A stretch of DNA of 64,000 bases from an uncultured Acidobacteriota bacterium (GTDB lineage: Bacteria > Acidobacteriota > Thermoanaerobaculia > Multivoradales > SZUA-115), in NCBI GenBank assembly GCA_963805975.1, contig CAWDVR010000002.1, forward strand, positions 672,001 to 736,000, read 5' to 3'. Both the position numbers and the translations under genes were made by a program. The stretch's first letter is position 1. Each line of letters starts with the position of its first letter. The notes beneath the pieces were generated by a model. It had not been told where the DNA came from and ran no database searches. It saw only the letters and a list, made by a program, of their open reading frames with translations. Below are positions 31,462 through 45,602 of this stretch, one piece after another.

Positions 31462-32532
31462 CTACCGGAAGAGCGGCAGCTGGCCGCGTTCCTGCGCCGA
31501 GACGAGGTTCGAGACACTCACCCCCAGGAGGCGCACCGGCCGGCGGCCGGCCTCGGTCGCCGCGAGGAGCGCCGCGGCGTGGCGCGCGATCTCGGTACCC
31601 TCGGTCACGCTCCAGGGCACGCTCCGGGCGCGGGTGAGGGTCGTGAAATCGCCGTAGCGCACCTTGAGGGTCACCGTCCGCGCCGCGATCCCGCGGCGGC
31701 CGAGCGAGCCCGCCACCAGCTCGGACAGGCGCTCGATCTCGGTCCGCACGGCGGCGAGCTCCCGCAAGTCCTCGGCGTAAGTCCGCTCGTTGCCGACGCT
31801 CTTGCGCTCCCGGTGGGACTCGACCGGGCGCGGGTCCTCGCCGCGCGCGTAGCGATAGAGGGCCTCGCCGTAGCGGCCGAAGCGGGCTTCGAGCTCCTCG
31901 GGAGAGCGCACTCGCAGGTCGGCCACGCTCTCGATCCCCATCTCGACGAGAGCGCGCTCGGTGGCCGGCCCCACACCGTGGAGCCGGCGCACCGCGAGCG
32001 GCGCCAGGAAGTCCAGCACTTTGGGCGGCGGCACCACGGTCAGTCCGTCCGGCTTGCCGAAGTCCGAAGCGATCTTCGCCACCAGCCGGTTGGGCCCGAC
32101 GCCGATCGAGACCGCCAGGCGCCGCTCCTCGCGCACCCGGCGGCGGATGTCCTTGGCGAGCGCGGTGGCGGTTGGAAAGGCGCCCAGGTGGTCGCTGACG
32201 TCGAGGTAAGCCTCGTCCAGGGCCACGGTCTGAACCACGGGCGTGTACTCCCGGAAGAGAGTGAAGATGGCCTCCGACTCGCGGGCATAACGGGGAAAAT
32301 CCGGCTTGATGAAGATCGCGTGCGGGCACAGGCGCCGGGCCCGCGACGCCGGCATGGCCGAGCGCACGCCGAAGCGCCGCACCTCGTAGCTCGCCGCCGC
32401 GACCACCCCCCGCCCCGCCGGATCGCCGCCGATCACCACCGGCTTGCCGGCCAGCGACGGCTCGTCCCGCTGATGGACTGCCGCGTAAAAGCAGTCCATG
32501 TCGCAGTGGAGTATACGCCTCGTTTCCGCCAC
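31462..32532 (-). CDS. dinB: DNA polymerase IV
   Basis: HCDMDCFYA, SYEVRRFGVRSAM, LDEAYLD, KPDG. Confidence 0.95.
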   Translation of the reverse strand: MAETRRILHCDMDCFYAAVHQRDEPSLAGKPVVIGGDPAGRGVVAAASYEVRRFGVRSAMPASRARRLCPHAIFIKPDFPRYARESEAIFTLFREYTPVVQTVALDEAYLDVSDHLGAFPTATALAKDIRRRVREERRLAVSIGVGPNRLVAKIASDFGKPDGLTVVPPPKVLDFLAPLAVRRLHGVGPATERALVEMGIESVADLRVRSPEELEARFGRYGEALYRYARGEDPRPVESHRERKSVGNERTYAEDLRELAAVRTEIERLSELVAGSLGRRGIAARTVTLKVRYGDFTTLTRARSVPWSVTEGTEIARHAAALLAATEAGRRPVRLLGVSVSNLVSAQERGQLPLFR

Positions 32533-32570
32533 GGGCGGATTGTACTCCGCCACGAGACTAAACTGTCGTC

Positions 32571-33233
32571 ATGGCCCGCCCCCGCGTCAAGATCTGCTGT
32601 ATGGCCTCGGTCGAAGAGGCTGCGATGGCCGTGGCGGCGGGGGCTGACGCCGTCGGGCTGGTGTCGGCCATGCCGAGCGGGCCAGGCCCCATCCCGGAGG
32701 AGCGGATCGCCACGATCGCCGCCGCGGTGCCGCCGCCGGTCGCGACCTTCCTGCTGACTTGCCTCTCGACAGCGGAAGAGATCGTGACCCAGCAGCACCG
32801 CTGCGGCGCCGGCACCTTGCAGCTCGTCGACTCGGTCGCGCCCGAAGAGCTCCTGGCGCTGCGGCGGGAGCTGCCTGGCGTCCGGCTGGTGCAAGTGATC
32901 CACGTCACCGGACCGGAGGCGATCGACGAGGCCGTCGCGGTGGCGCCTCTCGTGGACGCTCTGCTCCTCGACTCCGGCGACCCCAGGGCCGCGGTCAAGG
33001 AGCTGGGCGGCACAGGCCGCGTGCACGACTGGTCGATCTCGGCGGAGATCCGACGGCGGGCGGGAAAGCCCATCTTCCTGGCCGGTGGCCTCACCCCGGA
33101 GAACGTGGCCGCCGCCGTCGCCACCGTGCGGCCGTTCGGAGTGGACGTGTGCAGCGGCGTCCGGACCGAGGGCAAGCTCGACCCGGACAAGCTGCGGCGC
33201 TTCTTCGCGGCCCTCGCGACCGGGCCCGTGTGA
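32571..33233 (+). CDS. trpF: Phosphoribosylanthranilate isomerase
   Basis: RVKIC, LLDS, GGTGRVHDW, LAGGL, GVDVCSGV. Confidence 0.9.
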   Translation: MARPRVKICCMASVEEAAMAVAAGADAVGLVSAMPSGPGPIPEERIATIAAAVPPPVATFLLTCLSTAEEIVTQQHRCGAGTLQLVDSVAPEELLALRRELPGVRLVQVIHVTGPEAIDEAVAVAPLVDALLLDSGDPRAAVKELGGTGRVHDWSISAEIRRRAGKPIFLAGGLTPENVAAAVATVRPFGVDVCSGVRTEGKLDPDKLRRFFAALATGPV

Positions 33234-33294
33234 GCTCGATGTTTCCTGGCTTCGACGGCTTGCCACGTTTGAAATGGCCATGTAGGATTGAGAT

Positions 33295-33534
33295 ATGGAC
33301 ATTTCCGTGACCCGCTTCCGCGCTAGCTGCCTCGAGCTCATCCGCCAGGTCGAAACCGGAGGCCAGCCGGTGGACATTCGGCGCCGCGGCAAGATCGTCG
33401 CTCGGCTGGCGCCGGCTCCCTTGCCCGTCGCCATTGCACCCCGACCTTGGGAGCGGCTGCGCGGCTCCGGCAGGTTGCTGGCCGAGCCGGACGAGGCCGT
33501 GCTGAGCGCCGAGGACTTCGAGACGGCGCGTTGA
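33295..33534 (+). CDS. Phd/YefM antitoxin
   Basis: ISVTRFRA..LELIRQV..G....I.RRGK.VARL; operator AAATGGCCAT...ATGGACATTT (33272-33304). Confidence 0.85.
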   Translation: MDISVTRFRASCLELIRQVETGGQPVDIRRRGKIVARLAPAPLPVAIAPRPWERLRGSGRLLAEPDEAVLSAEDFETAR

Positions 33535-33935
33535 GCGTCCTGCTCGACACGCACGTCTGGCTGTGGTGGCTGCTCGGCTCGGAAAGCCTACCGGCGGCGG
33601 AGCGTGCCGCCCTCGAACGCTTGGCGCCTCGACGCGCGCTACGCCTGGCAGCAGTCAGCCTGTGGGAGGCCCAAATGCTCCATGCGAAGGGCCGGTTGGA
33701 GCTCGACCGGCCCTTCGACGTCTGGGTACGTGAGGCAGCAGCAGCCGACGTGGTCGAGATCGCGCCCCTCGACGCCGAGGTGGTGATCGCCCTCGACCGG
33801 CTTCCAGCCTCGTTCCACGGCGACCCAGCCGACCGTCTCATCGTGGCGACGGCGAGGGCGTATCGCCTTCCCCTTGCCACCCACGACCGCGCCATCCGCC
33901 GAAGCCGGGCAGCGAGGATCTGGAAGGCGGCCTGA
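33531..33935 (+). CDS. vapC: VapC PIN toxin
   Basis: LLDTHVWLW, HGDPADRLIVATA, THD. Confidence 0.9.
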   Translation: MSVLLDTHVWLWWLLGSESLPAAERAALERLAPRRALRLAAVSLWEAQMLHAKGRLELDRPFDVWVREAAAADVVEIAPLDAEVVIALDRLPASFHGDPADRLIVATARAYRLPLATHDRAIRRSRAARIWKAA

Positions 33936-33940
33936 GCGGC

Positions 33941-35356
<1,416 letters not shown>

Positions 35357-35423
35357 CTGCTCAAGACCTTTCTGTGGCAGGGGTGGACGGCTCGTCGCGG
35401 GTGGACGCGCGCGCCGGGTTCTC

Positions 35424-35912
35424 CTAGTTCACGGTCTGGTTGCCGGCCATCATGCGGCCGGTGGCGATCGCCCGGGCCTCGGCCAGCACTGCGGGGTCCA
35501 CGGCCTCGACCAGGAGCTCCAGCGCCGCCGTGTTCTGCACCAGGCCGGCCAGGAGGCGCCCGGCCGCGGCCCGTTCGGCCGCCGGAGCGCTCCACGAAGC
35601 CGTGGGGTCGCGGACCTCGTCGCTCAGCAGGGCGCCGGCTTCCGGCTCCTCTTCGAGCTTGGTGCCACCGAAAGCGGTAAACACGGCCGCCGCCAGAAAA
35701 GCGGTGCGGCGGTCGCCGAGGACGGCCGCCGGGGCCGCGCCTGGCGGAGCTCCCACCTCGACCACGGCGAAGCGGCCCGTGCCCATCTCGGTCACGCGGA
35801 AACGGGGGCCTTCGCCCTCGCCCACCGCCTCGATGGGCTCCTCCGCCCGTCGCCGCGCGGCGAGATAGCGGAGCAGAAAATGTGTCGGGTCGCGGTCGTC
35901 GTGGCGGCTCAT
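35424..35912 (-). CDS. Hypothetical protein
   Basis: Protein-like ORF filling the gap between fumC and a TA pair; no recognised motif. Confidence 0.6.
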   Translation of the reverse strand: MSRHDDRDPTHFLLRYLAARRRAEEPIEAVGEGEGPRFRVTEMGTGRFAVVEVGAPPGAAPAAVLGDRRTAFLAAAVFTAFGGTKLEEEPEAGALLSDEVRDPTASWSAPAAERAAAGRLLAGLVQNTAALELLVEAVDPAVLAEARAIATGRMMAGNQTVN

Positions 35913-35982
35913 CGGAGAGATCCAAGTATCGCATAGCGCCCTCGCGCCGGACGACTCGCTTCAATGTGCTACCCTGTGCTCC

Positions 35983-36267
35983 ATGGCGGATCTCCCTGCT
36001 GTCAACGTCCGCGAGCTACGGCAGAACCTCAGCAAGTATCTGCGGCGCGTCGCGGCCGGCGAGACGTTGCGCGTAGCCGAGCGTGGTCGGCCGGTGGCCA
36101 TCCTGGCGCCGCTGCCCGAGGGCGAGAGTCTGATCGATCGCCTGCTAGCGCAAGGGCTGCTGACGCGTCCACGACTCGATCTCGCCGCGCTCGGCCCTCC
36201 TCCTCCGCTGCCGACCGCCATACCCATCAGCGAGGCGCTAGCCGAGCAGCGAAGCGACAGGGTGTGA
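35983..36267 (+). CDS. Phd-family antitoxin
   Basis: VRELRQNLSKYLRRV..GE...V..RGRPVA. Confidence 0.88.
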   Translation: MADLPAVNVRELRQNLSKYLRRVAAGETLRVAERGRPVAILAPLPEGESLIDRLLAQGLLTRPRLDLAALGPPPPLPTAIPISEALAEQRSDRV

Positions 36268-36671
36268 GCGGCTCTGCCCTCTACCTGGATTCGTCGGCCC
36301 TCGTCAAGCTCGTGCTGCCGGAGCGGGAGTCGGCCGCTCTTGCAGCCGCTCTCGCGGACTGGGGCGTGCATGTTGCGAGCGAGGTCGTTCGCGTCGAGCT
36401 CCGGCGCGCTGCACGCAGAGCATCGCCGGCGCAACCGGACGCCATCCAACGGGTTGAGGATGTGTTGGCGGGCCTCCACCTGCTCAAGGTGAACCGTCGC
36501 GTCCTCGATCAAGCTGGCGAGCTGCCGCCCGCGAAGCTTCGCAGCCTGGACGCGATCCACTTTGCCTCCGCCCTCTCCTTGGGCGAGGATCTCGGTGCGA
36601 TGGTGGTCTACGACAATGCGTTAGCCGAAGCAGCGCGGGCGGCCGGACTCACCGTGCTGGCGCCGGTCTGA
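36264..36671 (+). CDS. vapC: VapC PIN toxin
   Basis: YLDSSALVKL, LRSLDAIH.ASA, YD..L. Confidence 0.9.
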   Translation: MSGSALYLDSSALVKLVLPERESAALAAALADWGVHVASEVVRVELRRAARRASPAQPDAIQRVEDVLAGLHLLKVNRRVLDQAGELPPAKLRSLDAIHFASALSLGEDLGAMVVYDNALAEAARAAGLTVLAPV

Positions 36672-36676
36672 ACCAT

Positions 36677-37426
36677 CTACCCCTCCAGCCTCGCCCGCAC
36701 CTCCGCTGCCCTCCTTCGCGACACGCGCACGGTCGAGCCGTCGGCCAGGGTGAGGGTGGCCGAGCCATCGCCGCAGCCGGTGATCTTCTCGATCGCCTCG
36801 AGGTTGACGAGGTCGGCGCGGCTGGCGCGCACGAAGCAGGCCCCGGCGCGGGCCTCGATCTCCTGCAAGGTGTAGTCGGTGAGATTGCGACCGGCCTTGG
36901 TGTGGGCGACGACCAAGCCGTCGCCGGCCTCGAAGCGCAGAATGGCGCGGAACGGCAGCAGCCGGTGCCCGCGACTCTCGCGCACCAGGAGGCGGGGCCG
37001 CGCCGCCCCCGAGAGCTGGAGCGCGTCACCGAGGCGGCCGAGGAGGTCCGGCGGCAGCGCCGGCGCCTGCCGCTCCTCGAGCCGCCGCCGCGCCCGCTCG
37101 AGGGCGCGCTCGAGCCGGTCGCGGGTCACCGGCTTGACCACGTAGTCGATCGCCTCGTGCTCGAAGGCCTGCAGGGCGTACTCGTCGTAGGCGGTCTGGA
37201 AGACGATCAGCGGCCGCGGCTCCGGCAGGTGGCGGGCGACGTCGAAGCCGTCGACCTCGGGCATGGCGATGTCGAGCAGCAGCAGATCCGGCCGGAATTC
37301 GCGCAGCCGCTCCAGGGCCTCGACGCCATCGGCCGCCTCGCCCACCACCTCGACGTCGAGGTCGGCGAGCATGGCGGCGAGACGCCCGCGGGCCGCCGGC
37401 TCGTCGTCGACGATCAGCACCCGCAC
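36677..37426 (-). CDS. LytTR-family response regulator
   Basis: VLIVDDE, LDIAMP, TAYDEYA, KP; C-terminal F.R.SR..LVN and VSRR. Confidence 0.9.
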   Translation of the reverse strand: MRVLIVDDEPAARGRLAAMLADLDVEVVGEAADGVEALERLREFRPDLLLLDIAMPEVDGFDVARHLPEPRPLIVFQTAYDEYALQAFEHEAIDYVVKPVTRDRLERALERARRRLEERQAPALPPDLLGRLGDALQLSGAARPRLLVRESRGHRLLPFRAILRFEAGDGLVVAHTKAGRNLTDYTLQEIEARAGACFVRASRADLVNLEAIEKITGCGDGSATLTLADGSTVRVSRRRAAEVRARLEG

Positions 37427-37428
37427 GT

Positions 37429-38598
37429 TCAGCTCCGCTCCGACGTGCGCGGCCCGGTGACGGGGAGGGTCACCACCGCCTTCGCGCCGCGCTCGCCGGG
37501 CTCCAGCGCGAGGCTCGCCGCCGGTCCATACAGGGTGGCGAGCCGCTGGCGCAGGTTCGAGAGGCCGGTGCCTTCCCCGTGCCGCAGAGGCAGGCCGGCG
37601 CCGTCGTCCGCCACCGAGAGCACGAGCTTGCCGGCGACGAAACCGGCCACGATCTCGATCGTGCCGCCCTCGATGCGCTGGCCGAGCCCGTGCTTCAGGG
37701 CGTTCTCGACCAGGGGCTGGAGGACCAGCGGCGGCACGGGCACCGCCAGGGCGTCCGGGGCGATGGCCCAGCTCACCCGCAGCCGGTCGCCAAAGCGCTG
37801 CTCCTCGACCGCCAGGTAGGCCTTCAGGTAGTCGATCTCTTCCCCCAGCGGCGCCGCCGTGCGCCGCGAGCGGTCGAGGGTCTTCCGCAGCACCTGCGCC
37901 ACGTTCTCGACCGTGGCCTCGGCGGCGCGGGCGTCGGTGCGCACCAGGGCGGCGATGGTGTTCAGGGCGTTGAACAGGTAGTGGGGATGGATCTGCGCCT
38001 GGAGAGCTGCGAGCTGCGCCTCGGTGGCCTCGGAGCGGGCGCGGGCGGCGGCCTCGGCCTGCTCGCGGGCGTGCTGATAGAGGAACCTCGAGGCGCGGTG
38101 GCTGGCGCGGGCGACGAGCACGCCGACGAAGAGGAAGCCGACCACCATGAGCAGGTATTCGGGGCCGTGGAAGAGCGCGCGCACGATGTTCACCCCGGTC
38201 CCGGCGCCGAGCAGCAGCCCGGCGGCCACCCCCAGCACCGGCGAAACCTCGAGCATCTGGTGCAGGACGCGGGGCTCGACCTCCGGCAAGGAAACCGGAC
38301 CGGCCTCCAAGGCCTTGCCGGTCTGGCTGGCCGTCTCGAGCACGTGCGAGATCATCCACAAGTAGAGCCCCGACAGACCGAGACAGAACGCCATCGACTC
38401 GGCCACGCCCCACTTGCCGCGGCTGTTGTCGAGATCTAAAACCAGTTGCAGGGTGACGATGAACACGGTGCCGAAGATCAGGCCCAGCACGGTCAGCCGG
38501 CTCTTTCTCGGCGCCTCGCGGTAGGTCGAGGTGAGGATGGCCCAGAGAGAACCGGCGGGGCGCGGCCTTGCAGCCAAGACGGAAGCGGGTGTGGTCAT
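37429..38598 (-). CDS. LytS-like sensor histidine kinase
   Basis: Several TMs; [33 protein letters not shown]. Confidence 0.92.
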   Translation of the reverse strand: MTTPASVLAARPRPAGSLWAILTSTYREAPRKSRLTVLGLIFGTVFIVTLQLVLDLDNSRGKWGVAESMAFCLGLSGLYLWMISHVLETASQTGKALEAGPVSLPEVEPRVLHQMLEVSPVLGVAAGLLLGAGTGVNIVRALFHGPEYLLMVVGFLFVGVLVARASHRASRFLYQHAREQAEAAARARSEATEAQLAALQAQIHPHYLFNALNTIAALVRTDARAAEATVENVAQVLRKTLDRSRRTAAPLGEEIDYLKAYLAVEEQRFGDRLRVSWAIAPDALAVPVPPLVLQPLVENALKHGLGQRIEGGTIEIVAGFVAGKLVLSVADDGAGLPLRHGEGTGLSNLRQRLATLYGPAASLALEPGERGAKAVVTLPVTGPRTSERS

Positions 38599-38790
38599 GG
38601 TGAAGCCCTCCTTTCGAGGATCTACCATCCCGCCGTTCGCGGCAACCCTCAACGCCGAGACGGGTGAGCGGCCGGACGAGCGGGTCGAGCGGCAGTTTTC
38701 GGCCGCCGAGCCGGAGACCGCCGCGCATCGAGTCCGCGCCGGTCTTGGCGGCCCCCTCCTGCGGTCTGTGGGGAGAACGAGCGAAGCTGG

Positions 38791-42016
<3,226 letters not shown>

Positions 42017-42218
42017 GGCGACGGCGGAGTGTAGCAGGCGCTCCTGGGCGCCCAAGAGCCGGACCGCGCCACCAAGGCGTAAGGCCTGCCCCGCCGTTTC
42101 CGTCTCTTCTCGTAAGACCGGCGCCACTGGAGGTGCCACTGAAGTCAACCAGCTGGCTCTTCCTTCTGAACACGGAGTTGGTGTACACTATCTTCGTGCA
42201 CAGAATGAGAGCCTGGCC

Positions 42219-42440
42219 ATGCTGAGGAACATCACCATGAGCGCCGAAGCGAGTGTCATCGACCGTGCCCGAGAAAGAGCGCGCCGCGAGAGCACGACTC
42301 TGAACGAGGTCTTCCGCGGCTTTCTGCTGCGGTACATCGGCCAGGAAGCAGCTCCCAGCGAGTACCGGGGACTGATGGACCGTTTGAGCTACGTGCAGGC
42401 AGGCGCCCACTTCACGCGGGACGAGCTCAATGAGCGCTAA
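42219..42440 (+). CDS. RHH-like antitoxin
   Basis: NITMSAE..VIDRAR..A....TTLN...R..L, FTRDEL.ER; palindromes GTGTACAC/GTGCAC at 42181-42201. Confidence 0.8.
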   Translation: MLRNITMSAEASVIDRARERARRESTTLNEVFRGFLLRYIGQEAAPSEYRGLMDRLSYVQAGAHFTRDELNER

Positions 42441-42861
42441 GTTCTTCCTGGACACCAATGTCCTGGTCTACACCTTCGACACCAGAGAACCGGTGAAGCA
42501 GGCCCGGGCCCGCGAGCTGGTGGAGACGGCTCTTTCCGGCGCTCGCGGCCTGATCAGCTACCAGGTTGTCCAGGAGTTCCTGAACGTCGCCACCCGACGG
42601 TTCGAGCGACCACTGTCACCCACCGATGCGGAGCTCTACCTCAACCAGGTCTTGAGCCCGCTCTGCGAGGTCTTTCCCAGCACCGGGCTCTACCGCTCGG
42701 CACTGGGCGTAGCCGCGCGCCTGCAGCTCGCCTTTTACGACAGCCTGATCGTCGCCGGGGCCCTGAGCCGTGGCTGTCGGGTGCTCTACTCCGAGGATCT
42801 TCAGCACGGCCAGCGGATCGAGGGCCTGGCGATCGTCAATCCCTTCCTGCCGGTTGGCTGA
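42430..42861 (+). CDS. vapC: PIN-domain VapC toxin
   Basis: FLDTNVLVY, QEF, FYDSLI, LYSEDLQHG, NPF. Confidence 0.92.
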   Translation: MSAKFFLDTNVLVYTFDTREPVKQARARELVETALSGARGLISYQVVQEFLNVATRRFERPLSPTDAELYLNQVLSPLCEVFPSTGLYRSALGVAARLQLAFYDSLIVAGALSRGCRVLYSEDLQHGQRIEGLAIVNPFLPVG

Positions 42862-42890
42862 GCGCCCCATCGCGGCGCCTAGCCCGCCGT

Positions 42891-44006
42891 CTACTGGAAC
42901 GCCGAGCCGCACTTCCCCGTGCCGGTGAGCGGCACCTTCTGGCCAGGGGCCAGGATCAGGGTGCCAGGCCGGTCGCCGCGCTCCTGCCAGCCGCTCCAAT
43001 CCACCAGGTAGGAGCAGGTGCAGGAGATGCCCTGATCGATCAGCGCATCCTTCTGCGCCTCGGTGAGCGAGAAGTCGGTGGTGGGGATGCCGAGGTCGTT
43101 CAGGATCACGGTGCGCTCGAGGTTGGGAGGATCGGTGGCCAGTGCGTCCACCTGCACCTTGAGCAGGGCCTCGAACAGCGCCTTGGTGTACTGGGGCAGA
43201 TCCTTGATCTTGCGCTCCCGTGCCGGTGAGCCGGTGTTGAGCAGCACGAAGCCCAGGGTCTCCCGGTCGAGACCCTGCTCGCCGTCGAAGGCGTCCACGG
43301 GATAGTTGCGCATCACGCCGCCGTCGACAAAAGTATCGCCGTCCGAGAGCACCGAGGCGAAGAAGACAGGGTAGGACATCGACATGCGCACGGCCATGGC
43401 GACCTCGAAGCCCGGGCTGGTGGCGAAGGAGAGCTCGCGGGCCTGGCTCGAGTTGAGGTCGGTCGAGAAGACGTGCAGGTCGCGGTAGCCGCCGGCCTGG
43501 AGGTCGGCGAAGGTGGCGTTCTTCTTGCCCGTCTTCGTCTCGATCAGGCAGCGCATCAGCTCGAGGAAGTAGTCACCGGCGTACCAGCCGTACTTCGACA
43601 GCAGCCGCGGCACGCCGTCGTCGCCGCCGTCCTCGAATTGCTTGAAATCGATCGACATCATCACCGACCGGATCTCCGACGGCGTGTAGCGCAGGCCCAC
43701 GAGCGCCGCCGTGATGGCGCCGGCCGAGGTCCCGGCCACGCGCTCGATCTGCGGCAGGATGCCCTGCTGCTCCATCACCTCGAGGGCGCCGGCGTAGGCC
43801 ACGCCTTTGACGCCGCCGCCCTCGAAGACCAGGTTGCGGAACGGGTACGCTCGGGGCGCCGGGCACAGGGAGGCTGCCTGTACAGGGAGTGGCGTGACCG
43901 AGGCGTCAGGCAGGAGGCTCTGACAGTCGAACGTGTGCGCCGTGGTGCAGCCTGCCGCAAGCGTGGTCACGACGACGAGCAGAGCGAGAGCCGGTTGGCG
44001 CCGCAT
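42891..44006 (-). CDS. Patatin-like phospholipase, lipoprotein
   Basis: GGGVKG, GTSAG, DGG; LAAGC lipobox. Confidence 0.9.
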   Translation of the reverse strand: MRRQPALALLVVVTTLAAGCTTAHTFDCQSLLPDASVTPLPVQAASLCPAPRAYPFRNLVFEGGGVKGVAYAGALEVMEQQGILPQIERVAGTSAGAITAALVGLRYTPSEIRSVMMSIDFKQFEDGGDDGVPRLLSKYGWYAGDYFLELMRCLIETKTGKKNATFADLQAGGYRDLHVFSTDLNSSQARELSFATSPGFEVAMAVRMSMSYPVFFASVLSDGDTFVDGGVMRNYPVDAFDGEQGLDRETLGFVLLNTGSPARERKIKDLPQYTKALFEALLKVQVDALATDPPNLERTVILNDLGIPTTDFSLTEAQKDALIDQGISCTCSYLVDWSGWQERGDRPGTLILAPGQKVPLTGTGKCGSAFQ

Positions 44007-44105
44007 GGAAGCTCCTTTCGAACAGAGGTGGGGACGGCGGCAGAGTAGCACCGTTGCCCGTTCTCGCGACCGGGCCGGGAGCCTGGAGTAGGATCCGTCT
44101 CACCT

Positions 44106-45602
44106 ATGAGAAACCCTGGCGCGCGGTCCCGGCGGAGCGTTCGACTCGTGGTCTTTCTCGCGGCGCTCTGCGCCGCGCCCATGGCCCCCCCGCTCGCCGC
44201 CCAGTCCTGGCGCGGCACGGCCGGGCTCGACGTCGAGATCTCGGAACGCGGCAAGCCGCCGGTGGCAGGGGCCGAAGTCCACCTCCTCTACCTCGAGATC
44301 GAGCCCAAGGCCGGGCCGCCGGCCGCGATGACCGACGCCCGTGGCATCGCGTCCATCGATGGCCTCGCCGAGGGCAAGTGGCGGCTCGAGGTGCGCTACC
44401 AGGGCAAGAGCCCCTACTCGGCCGTGGTCCAGGTGACAGCCGGCGAGAAGCTCACGGTGGTGGCCGGGCCGGTCCGCGACGCCGCGGCGCCGGCCCTGAC
44501 CGTGAAATTCGGCAAGATCCGCGTCACCGCGGCACCCGTGGTCCCCTCCGCGGCACCAGCTCCCGAGCCGGTGAAGCCCGCGCGGCCGGCACCTGCACCG
44601 CAACCGAGACCTGAGCCGCCGCCCGCCCCGGCGCCCAAGCCAGTTCCGCCGCCGGCACCTCAGCCGAAACCCGAGCCGTCACCAGCGCCAACACCCACGC
44701 CGGCTCCGCCGCCCGTACCGCAGGCGAGACCCGAGCCCCCTCCGGCCCCAGCGCCGGCGCTCCGGCCTCCCGAGACCAAGCCCGCACCGCAGCCGGCGCC
44801 TACGCAACCTGCTCCGACTCAGCCACCGCCGGCTACGCCCCCGGTGGAGGCTCCGCCGCCGGTGATCGCTGCCCCCAAACCCGCGCCGGCACAGCCCGCC
44901 CCACCTCCCGCGTCGCCCCAACTCGTGGTTCCCAAGCCCGCGGTTCCCGAACCGTCACAGCCCGCGCCGGTGCCAGCTCCGGCCCCGAAGCCGGCGCCGC
45001 TCCCCGCACCGCCGGCGATCAGCGCCCCCCCTATGAGTGCCCCTCCGATGAGCGCCGGGGTGCGCTCCGCCACCGCCGGCAACTGCCCGGACTGCAAGGC
45101 GGGTGAAGCGGCGGTCTCGGTGCAGCTCACGGCCGGCGCACAGGCCTCCCCCGGCGCCTGCAATGCGGAGGCAGACATGAAGCGGGCCATCGCTGCCCTG
45201 GTCGCGGCGGCGGACGCCGGCTTCGCTTCCTTTACCGGTCCTCTGATCGATCCCGCGAGCGGCCAGCTCGCGGCCGCCGCCGGCACCGCCGCGCGCGAAG
45301 CCGTGGGGCCGATCTTCGCTCCCTACCTCGAGCCCGGTGGCCCCTGCCAGGTGCTGGCAGTGGTGCTGCAGCCCGGCACTCGCTACGCCGGATACGCCTA
45401 CGAAGCGAGCGATGCCACGGGAGGCGGGGCCTGTGTGGGCAGCGAAGAGTGCGAGGTGGGCGGCGCCCGGTGGGCCGGGCACCCGGTGATGGAGAAGACG
45501 GCCCAGGGCACCGTGCTCTACGGCGTGTTCACCAACCGCTCGGTCGATCGCGCCCGGCGGGCGAAGCTCGTCGTGTACTTCCGGCCGGCCGGCGGATCCT
45601 AG
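44106..45602 (+). CDS. Secreted protein: carboxypeptidase-regulatory-like beta-sandwich, long Pro-rich linker, Cys-containing C-terminal domain
   Basis: Signal peptide; QSWRG, TDARG..GL..G.W.L; PAP/PEP/PKP low-complexity tract at about 44540-45050. Confidence 0.7.
   Translation: MRNPGARSRRSVRLVVFLAALCAAPMAPPLAAQSWRGTAGLDVEISERGKPPVAGAEVHLLYLEIEPKAGPPAAMTDARGIASIDGLAEGKWRLEVRYQGKSPYSAVVQVTAGEKLTVVAGPVRDAAAPALTVKFGKIRVTAAPVVPSAAPAPEPVKPARPAPAPQPRPEPPPAPAPKPVPPPAPQPKPEPSPAPTPTPAPPPVPQARPEPPPAPAPALRPPETKPAPQPAPTQPAPTQPPPATPPVEAPPPVIAAPKPAPAQPAPPPASPQLVVPKPAVPEPSQPAPVPAPAPKPAPLPAPPAISAPPMSAPPMSAGVRSATAGNCPDCKAGEAAVSVQLTAGAQASPGACNAEADMKRAIAALVAAADAGFASFTGPLIDPASGQLAAAAGTAAREAVGPIFAPYLEPGGPCQVLAVVLQPGTRYAGYAYEASDATGGGACVGSEECEVGGARWAGHPVMEKTAQGTVLYGVFTNRSVDRARRAKLVVYFRPAGGS

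Noticed and set aside
42891-44006. Patatin as a CBASS CapV-type effector working with the SLATT gene
   Set aside because: It has a lipoprotein signal, lies ~17 kb from SLATT, and no CD-NTase is in the window.
44540-45050. Repetitive DNA that might be a CRISPR or tandem array
   Set aside because: It is a Pro-rich coding low-complexity tract with no constant repeat-spacer period. No cas genes are present.
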